Of a stretch of 64,000 nt of DNA, positions 13,602-26,051 are shown one piece after another. Within the stretch, counting starts at the first letter, position 1. Each line of letters starts with the position of its first letter. Below the pieces are notes generated by a model, which was given only the letters and a program-made list of their open reading frames with translations, ran no database searches and was not told the origin of the DNA. Source of the DNA: Nemertoderma westbladi (lineage: Eukaryota > Animalia > Xenacoelomorpha); the NCBI GenBank assembly GCA_032718475.1, contig JAUCBJ010008430.1:1-64000 (forward strand), written 5' to 3'. A program made the position numbers and the translations under genes.

Positions 13602-15269
13602 TTAAAATTAATAAAAATAATTAAATAATAAATAAGTAGAAAGTCAGAAAGTAAGTAGATAGCTAGTTAGTTAGTAAGAGTTAGAGGGTACATAGTACCG
13701 TTAGTTAGAGAGAGTTAGAGAAGTTAGTGAGAGGGTACGTAGTACCGTTAGTAGGTAGAAGTTAGGTAGTAAGAGAGTAGTACCGTTAGTCAGTTAGAGT
13801 TAGTAAGAGGGTACGTAGTACCATTAGTAGGGAGTGTTAGAGGAGTTAGTAAGAGGGTACGTAGTACCGTTAGTTAGGAGTGTTAGAGGTATAGTTAGTA
13901 AGAGGGTACGTAGTACCATTAGTTAGGAGTGTTAGAGGTATAGTTAGTAAGAGGGTACGTAGTACCGTTAGTTAGAAAGTTAGTAGAGCAGTAGAGGGTT
14001 GTGGGCACCATAAGCGCCACGTAGAAAGTAGTAAGTAGAGTGGTTGTGGGCACCGCAAGCGCCACGTAGTTAGAGTTAGTAGGGGATGCATTGAACTAAG
14101 TGGGGCACGGGCGTGATGACGTGTTTGATGTAAGAGCAGGGTATGTTAATTAGGGTGGGTGCCGGGCACAAGAGGTGCCGGGCACAAGAGTTAGTAGTAG
14201 AGTTAGTTGAGTTAGTAGAGAGTTAGTAGAGTTAGTAATAGTTAGTAGTAGAGTTAGTTGAGTTAGTAGAGAGTTAGTAGAGTTAGTAAGAGTTAGTAGT
14301 AGTTCACATAATTAACGTACCCACTCTGCCGGCACTCAGAGCGTCACGTGCAGTCGAGTAGACGAAAGGGAGTAAGATGTAGATAGAGTAGAGTAGTAGA
14401 GAGGGCACATAGGATGCCAGAGAGTAGAATAGTAGAGACGGGCACATAGGGTGCCAGGTAGTAGAGTTAGAGAGTTAGAGGTAGTAGAGAGGGCACATAG
14501 GGTGCCAGGTAGTAGAGTAGTAGAGAGGGCACATAGGGTGCCAGGTAGTAGAGTAGTAGAGGCGGGCACATAGGGTGCCAGATAGTAGAGTGGTCGTGGG
14601 CACCGCAAGCGCCACGTAGTTAGAAGAGTGGCTAGAGTTAGAGAGTTCTAGTTAAAGGGCTAGAGAGTTGGTAGACCTAGAGGGTTTTAGTTAGAGTTAG
14701 TAGTAGAGGGGTCGTGGGCACCCTAAGCGCCACGTAGTTAGAAGAGTTGGTAAGAGTTAGAGGGAGTTAGTAGAAGTAGAGAGTTAGTAGGAGTTAGTGA
14801 GACTTAGTAGAGCTAGTTAGAGTCGGAGAGTTAGTAGACAGTAAGAGAGTTAGATAGTTATCAAGTAAGTAGTAGGTAGATAGTATGATAGCACAGGGGT
14901 AGCATTAGAGATTAGGGCCTTAGGGAGTGGGAGAGAGTGCGGGGTATAGAAAAGGTGCGAGCGCAATTCAAGTGTGGGGGGGGGAGAAGTAAGAGGCAGA
15001 GTGAGGGATGAGGAGGTCCGGGAGTGTGGAAGAGTTAGGGTGAAAGTGTTGGGGAAACAAAAGTTGTGTGAGAGGAGCGCACGATCGGCCCGACACGGGA
15101 CGCCAGGCAAACGGGTAGCATTATCATACCCATAGGGAGCGGCCTGGAAAGCCGGCTCCGAAAGAAAAATAGACCCACCCCACACCCGATACTAGATCGG
15201 GATCCAGCGGAATTGTAGCGCACTAGAGGTGGATGCTATCTTCTCACCGGGAAGATAGCATGGGGGGAG

Positions 15270-15825
15270 TGTTAGCTTATCCAATTCCGCTAACCAACCC
15301 ATAAAGTGAGCCGTTAAGCAATATTGGGAGCACGAGGTTGATTACCAATATCAACCTCGTGTCACCCCAACAAAGTGGGAAGGAGGCACATACGCACAAT
15401 AAGGGTCAGGGGTTACACCCCTGAAAGAGAGAGAATAGCAGGGACGAAGGGAAGCACTTCAGAGGGGGGCAAAGGGTGACAACAGAGTTATTAGCCAATG
15501 GGGGGAAGGCACCGGCTGGGTAACGTAACAATGGCCAACCGTGCAGTATATATTATTAGTACGGTAATCATTCATCCAGTTTACTCAGTAGTTATCTCAG
15601 TACAGTCAGGCAGAACGGTGACAGTTAAGACCGTCATCGCCGTCACCAGTTTACTCAGTATCAGTTGTCTCAGTGCGTCCATGCTATCTGTTACTTCTAT
15701 ATATCTTATTATCAGAGAACGTTGGAACAAGCAAAACTCTTATATCTTTTCCATCGAATGGTGCGGCCCTTGACGCGTACACAAACAACACCGGATAAAC
15801 CGGGATCCTCTCGGATCCCGTCACA
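15270..15825 (+). repeat. 3' LTR of the BEL-like element
   Basis: Preceded by the PPT ATGGGGGGAG and followed by the TSD GAAAT. Confidence 0.95.
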
Positions 15826-16367
15826 GAAATGTAATACTGATATGGGGGTAGAGTAGGAATTTCTTCCAAAAATCCCTGTAACTAAGTTATTGTTGTGTGA
15901 AAATGCCTGCTCCCAACAAATGAGGAAATGTTACCATTAATTAATTAATGTACGTTAACAATTAATATACGTTACTGGGATACCCCAACTATTCCTACCG
16001 TGTATGGAGGTAATCTTACCTACCTAGGTTTACTTGTAAAAACTAGAATCTCTAATGCATTCACCTTCAGAATAAATTGTATAAAGTGTGGCAGCCCCAC
16101 ATACATTGTACAGTCTCAGAAACTTTGTTATTACGGTCGCCTAGCAACCCTAGAGATGAAGTCTAGGCCGACTTACAGAATTGTACCACGGTACTGCAGT
16201 ATGCCTTCAGCAATCACTCGAACTTGAGTTATATACGTTTTCGTTTCGTGGCTGGACGCCATCGCCACATTGGTGACCCAGCGTCTCAAGACGAACTCTT
16301 GAGACCGCGACTCGCAACACGATCCTGCAATCGAACTGGAACAGCCACCGAAACTGTGTTGACGACA

Positions 16368-17072
16368 ATGGCCGAAGCGACCGCCAACGCCGTTTCTATT
16401 AAACTGCCTCCATTCTGGACCACCCAACCCGAGGTGTGGTTCGCCCAGGCGGAGGCGCAGTTCCACATTCGGAGCATCACCGAGGACGCTACCAAATATT
16501 ATTACGTGGTGGGGGCCCTCGACCAGGAGACAGCCGCTCGCCTCCTAAAACTCATACGGAACCCTCCAGCTACTGATAAGTACCTCAAACTCAAGGGCCA
16601 ACTTCTCAAGGCCTTCGGGCTCTCCCGACGCGAGCGCGCAGCCCGACTCTGGGACCTCGACGGCCTCGGTGACCGGCGCCCCTCGCAACTCCTCGGAGAA
16701 ATGCAGGCGCTCCTCGGCGACGACAACGCGGGACTCCTCTTCGAGGAGGCCTTCCTCCGGCAGATGCCCGCCGCAATCCGCCTCCAACTCGCGGAGGAGG
16801 ACTTCCGCGACCTCGACAGGGTTGCGGACCGGGCCGACGCGCTGTGGGAGGCCTCCCGGCAGACCTCACTCGCGGCCCACGCCGTCAGGAAACCGACGCC
16901 GGTCCCGCCACAGCGAACCGGCAAGAACTCCTCGTCGGCGTCGACTCCCGCCCCGCGGGCCCCGAACTCGAACCCGGACTGGTGCTATTATCACCAGACG
17001 TTCGGCCCCACAGCCAGGAAGTGCCGCCAGCCCTGCAGTTACCAGGGAAACGCCCCGGCCGGCCGTTTGTAG
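16368..17072 (+). CDS. gag: Gag of the CsRn1-like Gypsy element
   Basis: N-terminal [24 protein letters not shown] and C-terminal CHCC motif [19 protein letters not shown]. Confidence 0.93.
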   Translation: MAEATANAVSIKLPPFWTTQPEVWFAQAEAQFHIRSITEDATKYYYVVGALDQETAARLLKLIRNPPATDKYLKLKGQLLKAFGLSRRERAARLWDLDGLGDRRPSQLLGEMQALLGDDNAGLLFEEAFLRQMPAAIRLQLAEEDFRDLDRVADRADALWEASRQTSLAAHAVRKPTPVPPQRTGKNSSSASTPAPRAPNSNPDWCYYHQTFGPTARKCRQPCSYQGNAPAGRL

Positions 17073-17090
17073 CAGCTACAACGGCCGGCC
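17045..17090 (+). promoter_or_regulatory. Programmed -1 ribosomal frameshift signal
   Basis: In-frame slippery heptamer G GGA AAC (17045-17051), a 5-nt spacer, then the hairpin GGCCGGCCGTTTGTAGC-A-GCTACAACGGCCGGCC (17057-17090). Pol is in the -1 frame. Confidence 0.85.
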
Positions 17091-20000
17091 ACACCGACCT
17101 GCTGCTGTTTGCCTGGGACCGCGTTTCAGGGAAACGCTTCTTGGTCGACACCGGGGCGGAGGTAAGCGTTATTCCCGCGACGACTCGCGAGGAACGTTCG
17201 GGACAGAGCGGGCCGCCCCTCCTCGCCGCCAACAAAACGTACATCCGAACGTACGGCGACCGCTCCGTCAAACTCGACTTCCACTATCGCCGGTTCCAGT
17301 GGAAGTTTATCGCGGCCGACGTCGCCCAGCCTCTCCTCGGAGCCGACTTCCTCCGAGCGAACAACATGTTGGTCGACCTGAGAGGCCGCCGTCTGGTCGA
17401 CGCCGAGACGTTGACCTCGATCCCGTGCGGGCGGACTACGGGCCACGCCCCCCACCTCGGTTCTGTCACCGCCTCGGACGACGAGTTCGCTCGGCTCCTC
17501 GCCGAGTTCCCCGATATTACGATCCCTCGGTTCTCCGACCCCACCGCGAAACACGGGGTCGAACATTACATCCCCACCGAGGGACCCCCGGTCTACTCCC
17601 GCGCCCGTCGTCTGCCTCCAGACAAACTCGAGATCGCGCGGGACGAGTTCCGGAAGATGGAGGAGATGGGGAGCATCCGCCGGTCCAACAGTCCCTGGGC
17701 GTCACCCCTCCACATGGCCCCTAAACCCTCGGGTGGATGGCGGCCGTGTGGCGACTACCGACGCCTCAACGACGCCACGACTCCGGACCGGTACCCCATC
17801 CCCCATATCCAGGACTTCTCCTCCAGACTGGCAGGGGCGAAGATCTTTTCTAAGATCGATCTGGTGCGCGGCTACCACCAGATCCCCGTAACCGAGGCCG
17901 ACATCGCCAAGACCGCGGTTATAACCCCGTTCGGCCTGTTTGAATTCCTTCGAATGCCGTTCGGGCTGAAGAACGCGGCCCAGGCCTTCCAGAGACTGAT
18001 GGACACGGTGTGCCAGGGACTCGACTTCCTCTTCGTCTACCTAGACGACGTCCTCGTCGCGAGTCGGTCCCCCAAGGAACACCGTGACCACCTCCGTCAG
18101 CTCTTCACGCGCCTCCAAGAACACGGCCTCGTGATCAACCTCGCCAAGTGCGAGTTCGGTCGGTCGACCATCGACTTCCTCGGCCACCGAATCTCGGCCC
18201 ACGGCGCCGTCCCGCTCCCCGACAAGGTCGCCGCCATCCGGGAGTTCACCCAGCCGACCACCGTCAAGGGCCTTCAGGAGTTCGTGGGGATGGTCAGGAG
18301 TTCGTGGGGATGGTGAACTTCTATCATCGGTTCGTCCCCGCGGCCGCCGCCATCATGCGGTCCCTCTACGCGGCCCTTGCCGGTAAACCCAAGTCCCTCG
18401 ACTGGACCCCCGACATGGCGGCGGCGTTCCGGAACGCCAAGGAAGCCCTCGCCAACGCCACGATGCTCGCCCACCCCAACGCCAACGCACCGACGGCGCT
18501 CACCGTGGACGCATCCGGCACGGCGGTGGGCGCCGTTCTAGAACAGCTCGTCGGCGACTCGTGGCGCCCCCTGGCGTTCTTCAGCCGCCAACTTCGACCC
18601 CCGGAGGTGAAGTACAGCGCGTTCGACCGGGAACTCCTCGCGCTGTACCTCGCTGTCCGCCATTTCCGGTACTACCTGGAGGGCCGCGTATTCACCGCAT
18701 ACACAGACCACAAACCCCTGACGTTCGCATTCGCCAAGATCAGCGACCCGTGGTCGAATCGGCAACAACGGCACATCGCCTACATTTCCGAGTTCACCAC
18801 GGCGATCGAACACGTTGCCGGCAAAGACAACTGTGTGGCGGATGCGCTCTCCAGGACTACCGTCAGCGCGGTTCGAGCCCTCCTCCCCGGCCTCGACTAC
18901 ACGGCTATGGCGGCTGCCCAACTCGCCGACCCCGAGCTGCCAACCTACCGCTCCGCCGTGTCCGGCCTCCAACTGGAAGACGTCCCGCTCGCCCCCGCCA
19001 ACGTCACTCTTCTTTGCGACGTTTCTCTCGGACACCCGCGCCCCGTCGTCCCCGTCGCCTGGCGACGGCGCGTCTTCGACGCCCTACACGGCCTGTCTCA
19101 CCCCGGCGCTCGTACCACCAAGAAACTCGTCGCCGACAGGTTCGTGTGGCACGGCCTCCGCAAAGAGGTGGGCGAGTGGGCGAAGACCTGCATCCCTTGC
19201 CAGTCTTCCAAGGTGCAACGCCACGTCCGCGCGCCCCTCGGCACCTTCGCCACCCCCCACCGCCGGTTCGACCACATCCACGTGGATCTGGTCGGCCCTC
19301 TACCACCATCGCGCGGGTTCACTCACCTGCTGACGATGGTAGACCGGTTCACTCGGTGGCCAGAGGCCGTGCCCCTCACCGAGACCTCCACCGAGAGTTG
19401 CGCCCGGGCTCTCATCTCCAACTGGATATCTCGGTTCGGCGTCCCCGCGGATCTCTCCTCCGACCGCGGTTCGCAGTTTACCTCCCAGCTCTGGTCCGCC
19501 GTCAACCAGCTGCTGGGCACCCAACTGCACCGCACCACGGCCTACCACCCGCAGGCGAACGGACTGGTGGAACGTTTCCACCGCCACCTAAAGTCCGCCC
19601 TGCGGGCCTCGCTCACCGGCCCCGATTGGGTCGACGAGTTGCCGTGGGTTCTCCTCGGAATCCGGACTGCTCCCAAGGAAGACTTGGGGACCTCCTCCGC
19701 CGAGCTGGTCTACGGTGCCCCCCTCACCGTCCCGGGCGAGTTCCTTCCGCCGGCTACGAGCGCCCAGCACTCGCCGTCCACGATCCTCCCTCAACTCCGG
19801 GATACGGTCGGGCGGTTCGCTCCGGTACCGTCGTCACGCCACGGACTGACTCCGTCGTCGGTTCCACCGGACCTCCACGACGCTACCTACGTTTTCGTCC
19901 GGCGCGACGCCCACCGGACGCCATTCGAACGCCCCTACGAGGGGCCTTACAAGGTCCTCACCCCCGGACCCAAAACATTTAAGATCGAGATGGGCGGTCG

Positions 20001-20214
20001 AACTGAAACGATTTCAGTCGACCGACTCAAACCGGCCCATCTCGATTTTACCGAGCCGGTCGTTATCGGCCAACCGCGGCGCCGAGGTCGACCCCCGAAC
20101 GCACCTCCGGTACCTCCTACACCGCCGGTACTAACGCAAAGACCACCAACCCCAACCCAACCGCCCGTACAAACTCGATCGGGCCGGACGGTCCGTCCAC
20201 CTGATTATCTGTAA
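17045..20214 (+). pseudogene. pol: Pol (protease, RT, RNase H, integrase), frameshifted by a 20-bp tandem duplication
   Basis: FLVDTGA protease, YLDD RT, TVDAS...ELLA...TDH RNase H, and HHCC plus DDE integrase with a GPY motif. TCAGGAGTTCGTGGGGATGG is duplicated at 18274-18313. Confidence 0.93.
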
Positions 20215-20711
20215 TACGTTTCGAGACTGGGGGGGGGGGTCATGTGGCAGCCCCACATACATTGTACAGTCTCAGAAACTTTGTTATTACGGTCGCCTAG
20301 CAACCCTAGAGATGAAGTCTAGGCCGACTTACAGAATTGTACCACGGTACTGCAGTATGCCTTCAGCAATCACTCGAACTTGAGTTATATACGTTTTCGT
20401 TTCGTGGCTGGACGCCATCGCCACAAAAGTCATCTAATTTTTAGAGTTACACTTGTAACGACACGTTCTAATATAACTTTATAAGAATATTTTCACAGTC
20501 GATCAATTTGATATACATGAATCGTTTACTGCATGACAGGCGGTTTACTTTGTAGGAAAACTGTCTGAGTTCGGGTGGTCTCATTCGACTCTATTCGAGT
20601 ATAAATATAAAAGTAGACAGAAGCATGTTAGAAGATATATACTGTAGCAGAGTTGAGAAATAAAATACTAAGTATTAGTTATTAGGAGACTTAACGGTAG
20701 TAAGAAAAGTA

Positions 20712-21291
20712 TGTTAGCGTATTCAATTCCGCTAGCCAGCCCCATAAAGTGAGCTTTAAGCAATATTGGGAACACGAGGTTGATATCCAATATCAACCTC
20801 GTATCACCCCAATAAAGTGGGGACAAGAAAACCCCAGAGGACATACGCACAACAGGGGTCAGGGGTTACACCCCTGAGAGAGAGAGAGGGAATAACAGGA
20901 GCAACGGGAAACACTCCAGGGAAGGTAAAGGGGCGACAATTAGGATATTAGCCAATAGGGGGGAAGCATCGACTGGGTAGAGCAATATGGCCAACTGTGC
21001 AATATATTACCGGTCCATGCATTATTTCATTCACTTGTAGTAAGTCAGCTAGTTAGGACAGTAGCGGAACTCTAGTTACCGTCTCCGTCTCTGTCTACTG
21101 CCATACAATATATCATTTACCGGTACATTATACACCATTCACTTCAACCGTGCTGTAACCTATCATTGATTATACTATATGCATCGATCAACCAACAATC
21201 GAACTCTCTTTATATCTTTCACACACGGCGGGGACGCGTAAGCTAGAAACCAAAACCGGATAAACCGGGATCCTCCGTAGATCCCGTCACA
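20712..21291 (+). mobile_element. Solo LTR related to the BEL-like LTRs
   Basis: TGTTAGC...CCCGTCACA, flanked by the 5-bp TSD AAGTA. The 5' half and 3' end align with 9282-9837; the middle has diverged. Confidence 0.9.
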
Positions 21292-21525
21292 AAGTAACTT
21301 TAGAGAAATACAATAATTGATGGCCAGATAACAAATAAAAACTCTTTATTATAAATACAATTGACGTGTATATCGTCATACACTAATTATTTCCAGTTCA
21401 TGAATTTATTATATAAATATCAGGATCAGCATCGCATATTAATTATTTATTATAATATTCTGATACAATTTTATTGAATCACGCAGTTTATTTCATTGAG
21501 TTGAATATTTTGTATTATATTTCAG

Positions 21526-21752
21526 TTTGTATTGGAGGAGGCCGATATATGGAGGGCCGCTATGCGCTGGGCCTGTTATAAGGCCAAGGCTAATATCGAC
21601 TTCAAGCAATGGAACGACCCCCAACGGGATTTTATTCGCGAACTTTGTGAACCGGTCTTCAAGAACATTCGATTTATGTTGATAGATAGCCAATATTTCG
21701 CGATGGAAGTGGAGCCGACCAGGCTAATAGAGAAGGACATATGTTTGGAAAG
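21526..21752 (+). CDS. BTB/BACK-TLDc protein (BTBD19-like), first visible exon (BACK C-terminal part)
   Basis: ttcag|FVLEEADIWRAAMRWA...IRFMLIDSQYFAMEVEPT...ER|gttagt; phase 2 matches the next exon. Upstream exons were not found. Confidence 0.85.
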
Positions 21753-23154
21753 GTTAGTATTGTAGCTTAAAATTTCAGAAATTTGTATTTTAGAGCAGAA
21801 TTTAATGGGGATTGTATATCTTGAAACCGCTTAGAGAGATCTCGTTTAGTTCGGAGTTATCGTGGAATATCTGAAAAATGTAAGACAGACTACCACAGAC
21901 GGACAGACTACCACAGACGGACAGATGTTAAAGCTTTTGCGACTAAAACTCATATTTTATTAGCAATGCGCCGTCTTACTCCAAAACCATAGATAGAACA
22001 GGTGGGTAAGATTTTTAAAATTTATAAAAACCACACGCCCTGCCGTGTTCATTTTTGGTATCCACTTTTAGTATTCCCTAGCCTCCTTCTTAGTGGTTGG
22101 AATGCGGCCAATAGGAGCCTTTTTCATTTTCTTCACACCTTTGAACTCTTAGTAACCAAACATAACTACGCTTCTGATTGGAAGTTGCTATATAGATCAG
22201 GGTTCTAATAATTCTTTGCATGCTGGGCACTGGCACTTGACTACTGGGCAGGTTTTATGCTGCATTGCGACATCTCTTTGTTCAGTGTGTATTCTGCTTT
22301 GCTGATAGCAGAAGGATTTTTGCCGATAACATCAGGCTTAAAGTTTATGAATTATAGTAAATTGATGTGGTACTATACTGCCAAAACGTAGTACTGCTTG
22401 GTACTGAATACCGTGGTGCCGGTAGTGGTGGGTGCTACTGTGCTGAAATAACTGAATTGCACTGATATACTGCTGTAACTGTTGATTTATTATATTGATG
22501 GTCAAATTATGTATTTGGTAATGATATGGAGATTCTGCTACATTAACATCGCATAACTTCGAAATAGTTTATATTTATATTTAAGAACGAGGTCAACTTT
22601 GGGCGGCAAATAAGCAGTCTCGGTTCACAATTCGTTGGTGTGAATGAGAATACATGTTATCAGATAGCCCCTAGGTGTGTGAGCTTGTGTACTCCTTATT
22701 CATGAGTAAAATTGCCTCAAGTCAGTGTTCAGAGAGTATTTCAGCCGGTCCATAATACCACATCCCACATCCCTAAAGGATGTGACAATGACAAACTATA
22801 ATTCTTACTAAGCATATGTTGTATTTACCTTAAGTCTTAGACCTGCCTGTTATCTAGAACACAACACCTGAAACGGAACTGTTAATACTATACTTTAAGT
22901 GAACATAATTGTTAGGAATTATACAGCGAGAATTAATTGAATGATACATAACCAGCCCAATTCTAGTAAGCCGATATATTTCAGGCTCCCATTTACAGGT
23001 GGGTCATACGCCGTGCTAGCTGATTTATATCAGGTGTTATCTCGTTTGGCAAAATTACGCAAGATTTCTGTGATGATAAACATTATACGGTGAAAATTAT
23101 TGAAATCTTCTAAAAGCGCGAACACTACATTCAAACTGACTTCGGAAATGAAAT

Positions 23155-25890
23155 CTACTACTACTAGTACTAGGATCGGCATGCTGGATTGCAGCTGCAT
23201 TTTTAAGAATGCTGTGCCGGCTTGTCGACAAAATTGCGCCGCCACAACTCCCTATCACCCATGACATTTGCTAGATCATCCGCATCTTCAAGGCCAGTGT
23301 CCTTTAAGATGCGTCTCAAGAAAGTCATGGCCTGTCCACCATGCTTATTCACTCCATGAGGGTGCCAAAGTACAAGATTATGCACTGGCTGGTCCTCACG
23401 GCGAAAGCAATGTCCTGCAAAGCGGAGGCGATTTTGTTCTAGTGTCAAGCTTGGGGTAACCAATGAGACACCTCCAATGTTATATAGTGTCTGGTTAGAG
23501 ATGTGTGCATTGTACTTGACACAGTGAACCCGGCGTAGCATTCTTGTGAATGTGCCATCCAGAGATTTGGTGTCCTCAGCAGTTAGAGACCAGCATGGAC
23601 TCCCATAGAGGAGTACTGGAACTACTGCTGCTCTAAATAATCGGACCTTAAGTTTCCGATTAATTCTCGGTGACTTCCAAATCATGGAAAGCCTATTCAA
23701 GGCTGCCCATGCCTTTCCCTTACATATTCGAAGGTCCTCACCTGACTTCCGGATCCATGATCCCACGTAACAGAAGTCGTCCACATGCTCAAGCATACCA
23801 TCCTTTGAGCTTATGCTCATCCGATCAGAGACTTGCTGAGGACTTTCAAAGTTAACTGTCAAAATTTTGGTATTTCTGGAGTTAATAAAAAGACCAACAC
23901 TAGAATCAGCACGTTCTAATGAGCTGAGGAGCCGTTGGTCTCCCTCTAGTGATTCTGAGAGTACTCCTAAGTCATCAGCAAAGTCTAGATCAGTTAGGTA
24001 CTTGGCAGGATTTCCTCGACTTCTTGAGCCAGTAGGTGGAGTTATCATGACCCCAACATCATTATGATGATCTAAGGACATGCGTAGAACATAGTCAACC
24101 ACAATTATGAACATGAATGATGCAAGTTTGTCTCCCTGGAGGACGCCCCATAACACTTCAAATGGTTCTGTGCAAACGTCAACAGTAGACACAAATGATG
24201 TCTAACTATCGTATACTGTTCTGATTGCTGCAATAATTTCATCAGGAATCCCATATAATGAAAGTATGCTGAACATACGTGAGCGAGAGACTGAATCAAA
24301 GGCCTTGAAGAAGTCAACAAAGATAACAGCCAGATGCCTGTCTTTCTTTTTTGATAACTCTTCAATTATCCTTCTAAGTGCCAAAATGGGCTCCATGGTC
24401 CCACGACCTTTACGGAACGCATTCTGATTTCCACGGCGCAGTCTCTCAATGGGATCCCTGATGCGATTTAATAGAATTCTATTGTATAGCTTTGCTGCAA
24501 TTGAGATCAATGAGATTCCTCGAAGTGTAAATGCATTACAGTCTTGTATAGAGCTCCTGTATTTCCTACGAAACAGAATATGGTCTATCTGGGACTTGTG
24601 ACCACTGGCTCCACTATGAGTCCATAGCTTTCCAGTTCGCTTCTTGAACTCCACCTACTGGCTCCAGAAGTCGAGGAAATCCTGCCAAGTACCTAACTGA
24701 TCTAGACTTTGCTGATGACTTAGGAGTACTCTCAGAATCACTAGAGGGAGCCCAACGGCTCCTCAGCTCATTAGAACATGCTGATTCTAGTGTTGGTCTT
24801 TTTATTAACTCCAGAAAGACCAAAATTTTGACAGTTAACTTTGAAAGTCATCAGCAAGTCTCTGATCGGATGAGCATAAGCTCAAAGGATGGTATGCTTG
24901 AGCATGTGGACGACTTCTGTTACCTGGGATCATGGATCCGGAAGTCAGGTGAGGACCTTCGAATACGTAAGGGAAACGCATGGGCAGCCTTGAATAGGCT
25001 TTCCATGATTTGGAAGTCACCGAGAATTAATCGGAAACTTAAGGTCCGATTATTTAGAGCAGCAGTAGTTCCAGTACTCATCTATGGGAGTCCATGCTGG
25101 TCTCTAACTGCTGAGGACACAAAATCTCTGGATGGCACATTCACAAGAATCCTACGCCGGGTTCACTGTGTCAAGTACAATGCACACATCTCTAACCTGA
25201 CACTATATAACATTGGAGGTGTCTCATTGGTTCCCACAAGCTTGACACTAGAATACAATCGCCTCCGCTTTGCAGGACATTGCTTTCGCCGTGAGGACCA
25301 GCCAGTGCATAATCTTGTACTTTGGCAGCCTCATGGAGTGAATAAGCACGGTGGACAGCCTATGACTTTCTTGAGACGCATCTTAAAGGACACTGGCCTT
25401 GAAGATGCGGATGATCTAGCAAATGTCATGGGTGATAGGGAGTTGTGGCGGCGCAATTTTGTCGACAAGCCGGCACAGCATTCTTAAAAATGCAGCTGCA
25501 ATGCAGCATGCCGATACTAGTACTAGTAATAAGAATGCATGCTGATCCACTCCATCAGTAGCTGCTTGTAGATTGTGGTAGAAATTTTCCACCTCCTCTA
25601 CAAGGGCAACACTAGTTGGAGAGTAGCACACAATCAAAACCACCTTAGAAAACTTCTTAGCCAGTCTTCCAGAACATGAGAAGTGGCAACGGATGATGCG
25701 GTTAGAGATTTGGTCTATTTTGTCCAATGCTGCATGTGCAGTTGGATTCATCAATAGACCAATTCCACCTTTGCCACTATCATCTGCTGATGCGAGGCGA
25801 GTCGAAATGAAATCAGGGACCACGAAAACCCCCGCAAGTATAATTTTAGGTCGGTGGTGTGATCCTTCCTATCAGACACCATTACCCCCT
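23155..25890 (-). mobile_element. Rearranged RTE-type LINE (endonuclease and RT fragments) with an inverted copy of its own 3' end
   Basis: RT motifs RGISL, FVDFFKAFDSV, GVLQGD and DFADD. Endonuclease fragments GGIGLLM...CYSPT and SQIDHIL. (TAG)n tail at ~23155. The element has a frameshift and internal deletions; 24647-25528 is an inverted duplicate of 23162-24043. Confidence 0.9.
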
Positions 25891-25893
25891 TAA

Positions 25894-26051
25894 GGTCCCA
25901 CCTTGGTGTTGTGGTTGCATTGAATTCGCATCTCTCGGAGGTCGTGGGTTCGATCATCGTATGTGCCAGGACAGTTTTCGTTTCGACACGAATGCTTGTG
26001 CGTAATTCATGGCCTAACAGCCGAAGAAAATTTACTTTTACTTTACTTTTT
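25894..26051 (+). mobile_element. tRNA-derived SINE-like element
   Basis: A box TGGTGTTGTGG, B box GGTTCGATC and a (TTTAC)n tail. Confidence 0.5.

Larger units (their letters stand above)
9282..15825 (+). mobile_element. Non-autonomous BEL/Pao-like LTR retrotransposon (no pol)
   Basis: 556-bp LTRs with TG...CA ends (9282-9837, 15270-15825; ~5 substitutions between them), 5-bp TSD GAAAT and a PPT before the 3' LTR. The broken gag-like region has BEL-type Zn knuckles (CQLH...H...C...LCHQC...GH....C at ~13068-13230). No RT or IN motifs were found. Confidence 0.85.
16087..20425 (+). mobile_element. Full-length Ty3/Gypsy LTR retrotransposon, CsRn1-like
   Basis: Identical 183-bp LTRs (16087-16269, 20243-20425), 4-bp TSD AAAG, tRNA-Trp-like PBS TGGTGACCC at 16271, poly-G PPT, and domain order gag-PR-RT-RH-IN. 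Confidence 0.97.

Noticed and set aside
13630-14880. Telomeric repeat (TTAGG-like)
   Set aside because: It is an irregular AGTTAG-type tract inside an LTR element, not a regular telomere array.
16502-19982. Many overlapping alternative-frame ORFs in the Gypsy element
   Set aside because: Expected from the high GC content; no domains recognised.
25894-25975. tRNA gene
   Set aside because: A and B boxes are present but there is no acceptor stem or cloverleaf. The simple-repeat tail points to a SINE.
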